A stretch of 22,394 nt of DNA, from the NCBI GenBank assembly GCA_964452145.1, contig CAYVLA010000050.1:1-22394 (forward strand), read 5' to 3'. A program made the translations under genes and the position numbers. The notes under the pieces are model-generated. The model was not told the origin of the DNA. It ran no database searches and saw only the letters and a program-made list of their open reading frames with translations. This document shows positions 15,665 through 22,394 of this stretch, in pieces. Positions within the stretch are counted from its first letter, which is position 1. The number at the start of each line of letters is the position of its first letter. Source of the stretch: Candidatus Hadarchaeota archaeon (lineage in GTDB: Archaea; CAYQAE01; CAYVLA01).

Positions 15665-16450
15665 TTGCCGGCCAGCTTTCCGGAATCGTTGGTTCGGGAA
15701 AATCCTTCCACCGAGGAATCCGAGAACTTCGTGACCAACGCAGTGATAGCTGCCTGCCTAGTGGGCATAGTGATTGTCGCGGCCCTGATAGTCACCACGC
15801 CGAGGCAGAAGGAGAGCTTCACGCAGCTCTGGCTGAAGCCTTGGAAGGTGAATCTCACCAATCTGACACAGGAAGACCCGATTCGCCAAGCGCTGGGCCC
15901 CACACAGACATCGTCCCTCGCCACGGGCGACGTTCTTGGGAATGCGTTCTACGTGGAGCTGCCATCCCTGAAGATAGGATTCCTAACAGACGTCGTCAAC
16001 GGGGGAGCCAATAGGACCTTCGACCAGATCTTCGCCAAGTCCCACATGGATGGTGATACGATCTGGCTTGGTAGCACGGCCCTGTACCTGGATGCCATCG
16101 ACAGCCAGAACAGGCAAGTCCTTTTCTGGGAGTACCCGCGGAATCCCTCCGCTCAGACGGGTATCGGGAGACTCGTGCGCTTTGCCTTCGTGATCGAGAA
16201 CGACCTTGGGAGGGACCATGAATACAGAGCCCAAGTCAACTTCTCGATCGGAAACGCCACGTCCGTCAAGGTTTCCCAGAAGATCTTCGTGCCCAACGGG
16301 GCACAGAAGACCTGTGTGATCGGCTTCCACATAAGCGAGGAGGAGGTCGCGCCGATATTAAGGGAGCAGGGCAGCGGCAAGGTCTCAGTAAGACTGGATA
16401 CTGGTGAAGAGGTCTTCTTCTGGTTGAGCAGGTACATCAGTTATTCCTGA
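15665..16450 (+). CDS. Single-pass membrane protein, DUF1616-like extracellular beta domain
   Basis: TM (AVIAACLVGIVIVAALIV) followed by P..KESFTQLWL and later IENDLGRDHEY...EEVFFWL, which resemble DUF1616 motifs; five N-x-S/T sequons; start uncertain (TTG 15665 or TTG 15689, the latter ~25 nt after TATAAG). Confidence 0.62.
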   Translation: MPASFPESLVRENPSTEESENFVTNAVIAACLVGIVIVAALIVTTPRQKESFTQLWLKPWKVNLTNLTQEDPIRQALGPTQTSSLATGDVLGNAFYVELPSLKIGFLTDVVNGGANRTFDQIFAKSHMDGDTIWLGSTALYLDAIDSQNRQVLFWEYPRNPSAQTGIGRLVRFAFVIENDLGRDHEYRAQVNFSIGNATSVKVSQKIFVPNGAQKTCVIGFHISEEEVAPILREQGSGKVSVRLDTGEEVFFWLSRYISYS

Positions 16451-16467
16451 CAGAGGGACCCTTCGTC

Positions 16468-18852
16468 ATGAGATCCATACTGCCCAAGATCCTGGTGCTC
16501 TTCAGCCTGATAGCCCTGTCGATCCATCTTACCTGGGCTCAAACAGAGTGGAGCGAGCTCGACGCCGACGGCGATCTGCTTTACGGCTACGGGCTATACG
16601 ACGAGGCAGCGGACAAGTACAACCAATCGGCTCTCCTGGCCCTTGCAGAGGGGAATGACCGAGATGCAGCGAGGATCTTCGCCAAGCTGGCTCGATGCTT
16701 CGCACCCGAGCGGCTCAACGATCCCGAGATCTTCACGCAAAGCCTTGAACGATCGGCCCAGATCGTCTCCAACCTTGCCCGGCTGGAGCCCGACCCTAGG
16801 AAGGCGGCGTCGATGTACCTCGACGCTGCCACCTACGCCCGGGAGGGCGGCCTCATGGGGATCTATGCGGAGAAGATCAATCTCTCGGCCTTCTCGTTCA
16901 TGGCCGCCTCGATAGGACAGGATGTCGAGAATGCATCGAGCTACCTTCGACGTGCGGCATACATCTTCCAGTTTAACAACATCACTCAGTACGTAGGCCT
17001 TGCGCGTTCCGCGTACGAAGCCCTTCTCCTTCAGGAGGCCGACAGACTGCTGGGCGAAGCGGCGCAAGCTGCCCTAGACGACCGAGGCGAGGAAGCGGGA
17101 AGCAAGTACTATGAAGCCGGGGTCAGGCTGCACCAAGCCGGCCACGACTCGGCCGGCAACGTCTTTGGCCTCGCAGCCGCACTCTTGGTCACTGCAGCCG
17201 ACTCCCAGCTCTACCACGGGGCAAACATCTCCCGTCAGGGCGAGCTGTACAACCTCGCTGCCTTGGCGGCCACCCTCAACCATTCGAAGGCAGATGACCT
17301 GTTCCGAAAGGCCGGAGACGCCTACATACTGGCGGCAGGGGACTTTCTTGCCTCGGGCCGGTTCCCGGAAGCCAGACGGGATTTTGCCGCGGCAGCAGAG
17401 ACCTATTCCGCTGCCGGACTCAAGGAGCTCTCCCGGGATGCCGGCCGGTTGGCAGCCGAGACTGCCCTGAAGATCTCGCAAAGCGCGACGACGAGCAGGT
17501 ACATCTACGAGCACCAAGCAGCGGAGACCTACCATAGGGCAGGTCTGTACAAGGAGGCAGAGCAGGCCTACACCCTGGCCCTCCAGAGCCTCCTGAGCAC
17601 TGCCGCTTCCTATCTCTGGCCCTGGCAGGAACTAGATTTCTTGGACATGTTGGGAAGATCGGGCAGAACCAAGTACGCCAGGGACTTTCAGCGCTACCTT
17701 TCGCAGACAACGGTCTTCTTCAGCGGGGCCCTGTTCCGGGCCTATGACAGGGTCGCCGAGCTCGGTCCATCCATGACACAGGCATCCGCATCCCGATTCG
17801 ACTACGACGCCCACGTCGCTGAAACCCTCCTGGTGGCAGCCTCGCTGCTCATCAACGATCTTCGAAGGGCGACAGATGATGTCATGAAAACGGTCCAGGG
17901 CGAGGCACTTCTCACCGATCCCGGCATGAACGCATTCTACGGCCTGGTCTCAACGATACTGGAATCTCGTAGCGAGACCATCTCCGAGAATGAGGTGGCT
18001 TGGCTGATGGTGGAATTTAGGGCCCTGCACTTCGAGGAGATGTCCGTGGCTCTAGCGAAATCGCTTGCAGCCAAGGCCGCCAGCACGACATCCTACGAGG
18101 CGGCCTACAGCCTGTACCTGCAGCGCTGCCGCTCGATCCTTGACAGGATCCTGGAGGACCTCCTGGCAGATGTGTACACCCAGACCGCCGAGGATTACTA
18201 CGTACAGGCGCAGCGGAAATCAGAGGATCTGGTGGGGACCCAGACTAGGAACATGACCGAGCATCTATCCATAGCCGAACTGTTCCAAGCCGCTGGAAGG
18301 CGGTGGGGCTACCAGGGGAAGCTGAACGAATCGGCTGCATCCTATGAATGGGCCTCCTTCCATGCTTGCGCGGGCGATGACTACCAGCGGGCGATCCTGT
18401 ACCATGACCTCTCATGGGGCGCATACGGATTCAGAACCCCCCTCACTGCGGCGGCCTACGCGATATCCGATGCCATGATAGACGACAATCAAACCAAGAG
18501 GAACGAAGCGAGGGGATTCCTCCTCCTGAATCTCTCCGGCTACATCCCGGCCTACCACATCGAAGTAATGATGTCGGTGCTGGAAGGAAGGACCGATCTA
18601 CGGAAGGAGGCTTCCGGCTTGAGGATGGTTGCCATGGCTCTCATCGGAGGATTTGCCCTCCTCACCTCGTATGTCCTGCTGATATGGGAGCCCAAGCACC
18701 CCGTAAGAGCCCGGCCGGAGGAGCAGGCCCTGGAAGAGGCGCGCTCCGATCTTGAGGATGGAGACGAAGACCATCGGTTGGATGGAGCGGAGGGGGCCAA
18801 GGCTCAGACGCCCGAGGAGGGTGAGCCGCCCCAAGGTAGGGAGCCTGCCTGA
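16468..18852 (+). CDS. Large secreted, C-terminally membrane-anchored alpha-helical repeat (TPR/SNAP-like) glycoprotein
   Basis: Signal peptide (MRSILPKILVLFSLIALSIHLTWA), recurring A..Y..AA..Y..AG helices, TM near the C-terminus (MVAMALIGGFALLTSYVLLIW) and an acidic cytoplasmic tail. Confidence 0.75.
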   Translation: MRSILPKILVLFSLIALSIHLTWAQTEWSELDADGDLLYGYGLYDEAADKYNQSALLALAEGNDRDAARIFAKLARCFAPERLNDPEIFTQSLERSAQIVSNLARLEPDPRKAASMYLDAATYAREGGLMGIYAEKINLSAFSFMAASIGQDVENASSYLRRAAYIFQFNNITQYVGLARSAYEALLLQEADRLLGEAAQAALDDRGEEAGSKYYEAGVRLHQAGHDSAGNVFGLAAALLVTAADSQLYHGANISRQGELYNLAALAATLNHSKADDLFRKAGDAYILAAGDFLASGRFPEARRDFAAAAETYSAAGLKELSRDAGRLAAETALKISQSATTSRYIYEHQAAETYHRAGLYKEAEQAYTLALQSLLSTAASYLWPWQELDFLDMLGRSGRTKYARDFQRYLSQTTVFFSGALFRAYDRVAELGPSMTQASASRFDYDAHVAETLLVAASLLINDLRRATDDVMKTVQGEALLTDPGMNAFYGLVSTILESRSETISENEVAWLMVEFRALHFEEMSVALAKSLAAKAASTTSYEAAYSLYLQRCRSILDRILEDLLADVYTQTAEDYYVQAQRKSEDLVGTQTRNMTEHLSIAELFQAAGRRWGYQGKLNESAASYEWASFHACAGDDYQRAILYHDLSWGAYGFRTPLTAAAYAISDAMIDDNQTKRNEARGFLLLNLSGYIPAYHIEVMMSVLEGRTDLRKEASGLRMVAMALIGGFALLTSYVLLIWEPKHPVRARPEEQALEEARSDLEDGDEDHRLDGAEGAKAQTPEEGEPPQGREPA

Positions 18853-18858
18853 CGCACA

Positions 18859-19170
18859 CTAGGGGTACTTGCCGGCCAGAATCCTCTTGCTGTCCTCCTC
18901 ATTGAACGTTATGAGGACGGGACGGTCGATAATCTTGGTCTTAAAATGCCAGTCATAGCCTTCGCTCACACACAGCTTCCTCGGCTGATCTATGACCTTG
19001 CCTCGCAGCTTCTCGGGAAGCTTGAGAACTATCTCATTGTTCTTCTTCCTGTAGCCGACCAGCTTTATCCGACGGACGAAATCCTTCCATTCAAGCCCAT
19101 CTTCATCCTTGTGAGCGGCTGCCCCCGGTACCTTCTCGATCGACACCAGCTCGCCAACGTACCTACTCAT
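18859..19170 (-). CDS. Hypothetical protein (small, basic, beta-rich)
   Basis: 103-aa ATG ORF filling the gap, convergent with the TPR gene (6-nt gap); TTTATTA box on the minus strand at ~19207-19213; protein-like composition (DEDGLEW, LPEKLRGKV, YDWHFK). Confidence 0.72.
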   Translation of the reverse strand: MSRYVGELVSIEKVPGAAAHKDEDGLEWKDFVRRIKLVGYRKKNNEIVLKLPEKLRGKVIDQPRKLCVSEGYDWHFKTKIIDRPVLITFNEEDSKRILAGKYP

Positions 19171-19498
19171 GGCACTTTCCTCGGGTTCAGCGGCCAGACG
19201 ATCGTCTAATAAATATTACGGACTATGTGGATAGGGACAGACAAGAGCCTAACGTGCCGTTTCCTAGATCGTTCACAAATCGCCTATTTCGTTTTGCTTA
19301 GGAACTCTCTCTGGACATCGCGTTCATTTCCATCCGCCAAGCGTGGATTCCTGAGCTGACACGCCTGTCCGGCTGTCCGTGGCGTGGCAGGCAGGTGCGA
19401 TCAGTGTCGTGGATGGACCCAGCAATGCATCCCGCGCCGGTCTGACAAACAGTTTTATCAAACGCTGGGAGATGTGGCCTGAACAGGAGTCGTCGCCC

Positions 19499-20302
19499 TT
19501 GGAAAGAGGTAGAATAATCAAGATCAACTACGTCGAGAGGCTTAAGAGCACCGGCAGGATCACCGACACCAACGTCGAGTCCGTGGCCAGAGAAGCCGGC
19601 ATCCATGACCCCGAGGAATCATCCAGATACAGGCCACTTCCCACGATCGTTGGCTCGGGAAGACCCGTAAAGGGGGTTGACGAAGCACTTCACAGCCTGA
19701 TCGTGGGCGAGGGAATTGACCTACAGGTCCCGCCCGAGAAGGGCTACGGAGCAAGGGACCCGAAGCTAGTGGACCAAGTGTCGGCGAGCTACTTCAGGAG
19801 GCAGAGGATAAACCCCGTTCGCGGGCTGCCGATTCGAACCAGAAGAGGGATCGCCATCGTCCGCAGCACGACGGGAGGAAGGGTGTGGCTCGACTACAAC
19901 CACCCCTTGGCCGGACAGACGTTGCAGTATCGTGTCGAGGTGGTCGATGAGGCGAAGGACCCCGAAAGCAAGATCAGATGGCTGGCGGAAATGCACCTCC
20001 CCGGAATCGACCCGGAGGCCCACGTCGTGGAGATCCAGGGCAGCAAGGCCGTTGTCGAACTCAACTACGGCGAGCTTCCCGTCCCAGCAATCAAGGACCT
20101 GAATACTCTGCTGCGCGAAGAGGTCTCGAACTACGTTCCAGAGGTCACCGATCTTGTCTTTGGCACCGAGCAACCTAGCGAGACTGTTGAGCCGCCAAAG
20201 ACCGAGACAGAGAGCAAAGCAGATGAAGGGGCCAAGCCTGACTCGCCCGAGACGCCCGGCGCGCCGGAGAGGCGGAGAACAACGCCGGGCAAGACACCCT
20301 GA
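19499..20302 (+). CDS. slyD: FKBP-type peptidyl-prolyl isomerase/chaperone (long archaeal SlyD-like)
   Basis: IKINY..G...DTN, KGVDEAL, VPPEKGYGARDP and DYNHPLAGQTLQY motifs, IF domain and archaeal C-terminal domain; start re-called at TTG 19499 (GGAG SD, TTTATCAA box at ~19454). Confidence 0.9.
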   Translation: MERGRIIKINYVERLKSTGRITDTNVESVAREAGIHDPEESSRYRPLPTIVGSGRPVKGVDEALHSLIVGEGIDLQVPPEKGYGARDPKLVDQVSASYFRRQRINPVRGLPIRTRRGIAIVRSTTGGRVWLDYNHPLAGQTLQYRVEVVDEAKDPESKIRWLAEMHLPGIDPEAHVVEIQGSKAVVELNYGELPVPAIKDLNTLLREEVSNYVPEVTDLVFGTEQPSETVEPPKTETESKADEGAKPDSPETPGAPERRRTTPGKTP

Positions 20303-20322
20303 ATGGGCGGGAAGACCGCCAC

Positions 20323-20784
20323 CTAGACGCCGGCTTCCTTTCGCTGGCCCTGGCTTCGGAGCGCTACCATGGTCATCTTAGCACCGAGAGGACAGACCGA
20401 CCCGTCGGAGATGACCTTGACAATCTGGCATCTGTCCCCGTCTCCCAGCCCCTCGGGAAAGCACCAGACGCTGTTCTCGCAGAGCAGCCTCATGCAATCC
20501 GGCCGGATGAAGGTGATCGTTGCACCTTCGCTGACCAGCTGGGAGGGCAGCAGCGCCTGGATCTCGGCGGGTTCCACCTCAACCAGCATGACGCCCTCAT
20601 CATGAATTCGGCATTCCTCGTGAGGCTTGTTCATCGAACTCCTAACGACGTATCTCCTTCCGACCTCAAGGTTATCGCAGACCTTCCTCAGCTTGCATCC
20701 CATGCACTCCCTAGAACTCCCGACTCCGTAGTGGATGAATTCCTGCCCGGGCTTTGCCAGCTTCTTGCCTATCAGAGTGATCAT
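20323..20784 (-). CDS. UPF0179 family protein (Cys-rich)
   Basis: ITLIGKKLAKPGQEF, CMGCKLRKVC.NLEVGRRY, C.IH, C....C....WC.PEGL and CP; ATGA overlap with the egsA stop. Confidence 0.88.
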   Translation of the reverse strand: MITLIGKKLAKPGQEFIHYGVGSSRECMGCKLRKVCDNLEVGRRYVVRSSMNKPHEECRIHDEGVMLVEVEPAEIQALLPSQLVSEGATITFIRPDCMRLLCENSVWCFPEGLGDGDRCQIVKVISDGSVCPLGAKMTMVALRSQGQRKEAGV

Positions 20785-21830
20785 ATCACTTCGGTCCCCC
20801 TTGCAACTCTTCGGGCGGCGGCTTCGCTCAAGCCCGTCTCGCCGAGGATCGTATACCTATCGGGCCTCACTAGGTGGGCCTTGGTCAAAGCTTTGACTAT
20901 GTCGTCCTCACCGATGCCAAGTTGGTTCGCGGAGACCGGGGCCCCGATCCTGATCAAGAAGCTCCTGATGGCCCGCCAATCCCCCCCGTGCAGATACATC
21001 ATCATTATCGACCCAACGCCCACCTGTTCGCCGTGGAGTGCCACGCCGGGCGAGATGGCATCTAGGGCATGGCTGAACATGTGCTCCGAGCCCGAGGCCG
21101 GCCTGCTCGACCCGGCGATGCTCATGGCAACCCCGCTTCCTATCAGGGCTTTCGCCACCAGCCTAGCCGCATCCTCAGTTGCGGTCCTGATGAGGTCGGC
21201 CGAGTCCATTACCATCTTGGCGCTCATCAGTGAGAGGGCGCTTGCATATTCGCTCTTATCGTCCTTCCCGAGTCTGTGCGCCAGGTCCCAGTCCATTACG
21301 GCTGTGTTCTTCGCCACGGTGTCGCCGCATCCGGACGCCATGAACCTGTACGGCGCGTTGGATATGACCTTCATGTCCATGATTATGGCGATGGGGGCAA
21401 CCGCGTCCATGGAGGCGACCCCCTTTTCATTGGACATGCTTGCCCGGGACGAGGCTATGCCATCGTGTGAGAGGACTGTAGGCACGCTGATGAACTCGGT
21501 GTTGCCGGCGTAGGCACAGTACTTGGCCGTATCGATGACTTTGCCTCCCCCCACGGCCACCAGATGGGTTCGGGGCCTGTGCCTCATGCGCCCCGAGACC
21601 GCCTTGATCGCTTCCCGCTTGTCCCTCTCCACCGAGATTAGATCCGCGTCCGTGGCCGACGAGAGCGCATCGTAGACCTGCCTGCCGTATCGGAGGGTCT
21701 CGGTTGCCCCCGTGACGACGAGGAACTGGCCACATATCCGCATGGAATCGAGGATTCCTGGCATCTCGCTCAGTATCCCGGAATCGATGTCAACGTATCT
21801 GGGCAGCTGCATCCGCTTAGGTTTCTTCAA
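20781..21830 (-). CDS. egsA: NAD(P)-dependent glycerol-1-phosphate dehydrogenase
   Basis: MQLPRYV, VGGGKVIDTAK, SVPTVLSHDGIAS, AGSSRPASGSEHMFSHALD, LHGEQVG and RPDRYTILG motifs; archaeal ether-lipid backbone enzyme. Confidence 0.97.
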   Translation of the reverse strand: MKKPKRMQLPRYVDIDSGILSEMPGILDSMRICGQFLVVTGATETLRYGRQVYDALSSATDADLISVERDKREAIKAVSGRMRHRPRTHLVAVGGGKVIDTAKYCAYAGNTEFISVPTVLSHDGIASSRASMSNEKGVASMDAVAPIAIIMDMKVISNAPYRFMASGCGDTVAKNTAVMDWDLAHRLGKDDKSEYASALSLMSAKMVMDSADLIRTATEDAARLVAKALIGSGVAMSIAGSSRPASGSEHMFSHALDAISPGVALHGEQVGVGSIMMMYLHGGDWRAIRSFLIRIGAPVSANQLGIGEDDIVKALTKAHLVRPDRYTILGETGLSEAAARRVARGTEVI

Positions 21831-21890
21831 CCCATCACATCTCGAGCGGGAAACAGAGACCTCGGCCTCAAGGGAGCTGGGACCCGATAC

Positions 21891-21904
21891 CGAAGCATTT
21901 ATGC
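21891..21904 (+). promoter_or_regulatory. Putative BRE-TATA for a leaderless DUF63 transcript (divergent egsA promoter probably nearby)
   Basis: CGAAGCA-TTTATG ends ~26 nt before ATG 21930; the minus strand has TTTAAG at ~21921-21926. Confidence 0.45.
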
Positions 21905-21929
21905 GAAGTCGGGAACCAGGCTTAAATAT

Positions 21930-22394
21930 ATGAACCCATTGCTGGATGTGATCCGCAAGTACTTCACCTCGCCCATCTGGGACCGTACCGGTTACAACTG
22001 GGTCAACACCCTCGCCTATGGTGTGCTTCTCGGCCTGGCGGCCCTGATCAGCTACAGATTCGTCAAGAGGACCGGCTACCGATTTGATCTCAACCTTTTC
22101 CTCATGTTCCTTCCCTATATGGTCCTAGCGACGACGGTCAGGGCCCTGGTGGACGCCGGGAAGTATCCCTACACTTACCTGTTGGTTTCGCCCGGCATAT
22201 ACTTCACAGCCATGGGCATCTTCTCGGCTGCCATACTCGCGGGCATCCTCGTCAAACGCCTTGCGGGTGTCGACGTGAGCAAGACAGTCATCTCGGTTGG
22301 TGTGATCCTTGCCGGATGGCAGCTTGCCTTCCTTCTTGCCCTGGCCAAGAGGCCCTTGGCCGGGCTCCTGATCATTGCTCTTTCTTCAGGAGTC
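21930..22394 (+). CDS. DUF63 family multi-pass membrane protein (3'-partial)
   Basis: Not in the ORF track; translated by hand as MNPLLDVIRKYFTSPIWDRTGYNWVNTLAYGVLLG...LPYMVLATTVRALVDAG...LLVSPGIYF; GYN.VNT..Y, R.L.D and SP.IYF are DUF63 hallmarks; open to the window end. Confidence 0.85.
   Translation, partial: MNPLLDVIRKYFTSPIWDRTGYNWVNTLAYGVLLGLAALISYRFVKRTGYRFDLNLFLMFLPYMVLATTVRALVDAGKYPYTYLLVSPGIYFTAMGIFSAAILAGILVKRLAGVDVSKTVISVGVILAGWQLAFLLALAKRPLAGLLIIALSSGV

Noticed and set aside
19379..19498. 40-aa N-terminal extension of SlyD in the ORF track
   Set aside because: It spans the likely promoter (TTTATCAA) and SD; the FKBP fold begins at about TTG 19499
20306..20320. GGCGG-GAAGA-CCGCC hairpin between convergent slyD and UPF0179 as a terminator
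   Set aside because: Only 5 bp with no U-tract; too weak to call
1..22394. tRNA, rRNA, CRISPR arrays, IS elements, inteins and Sec/Pyl read-through
   Set aside because: None seen by eye: no repeat-spacer periodicity, transposase, cloverleaf or in-frame stop interrupting a conserved gene; tRNAscan-SE and Infernal would be the definitive check

Overview
Archaeal chromosomal window of roughly 60% GC, mostly core housekeeping DNA. Bases 1-11287 (minus strand) hold a contiguous archaeal S10/spc ribosomal super-operon: uL3-uL4-uL23-uL2-uS19-uL22-uS3-uL29-aIF1(SUI1)-Rpp29-uS17-uL14-uL24-eS4-uL5-uS14-uS8-uL6-eL32-eL19-uL18-uS5. uS5 runs off the left edge, and uS14 and uS5 are missing from the ORF track, so I translated them by hand. 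The right half encodes an archaeal dUTPase, a divergent PRPP synthetase, a TM1367-type cyclophilin-like protein, a type-1 SerRS, a membrane-anchored PD-(D/E)XK nuclease, a DUF1616-like membrane protein, a 794-aa secreted TPR/SNAP-like glycoprotein, a small conserved-looking hypothetical, an FKBP/SlyD chaperone, UPF0179, G1P dehydrogenase (egsA) and a partial DUF63 gene. I found no tRNA, rRNA, CRISPR array or mobile element. The best leads are: (i) long charged extensions on uL5, uS3 and uS5; (ii) the nuclease-DUF1616-TPR glycoprotein surface cluster; (iii) a PRPP synthetase with an altered YARQD loop; (iv) a 5' leader hairpin on the ribosomal operon and two structured intergenic stretches; (v) a sharply AT-rich first 30 codons of serS. 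All family calls come from recalled motifs, not searches, and no novel system is demonstrated from the sequence alone.
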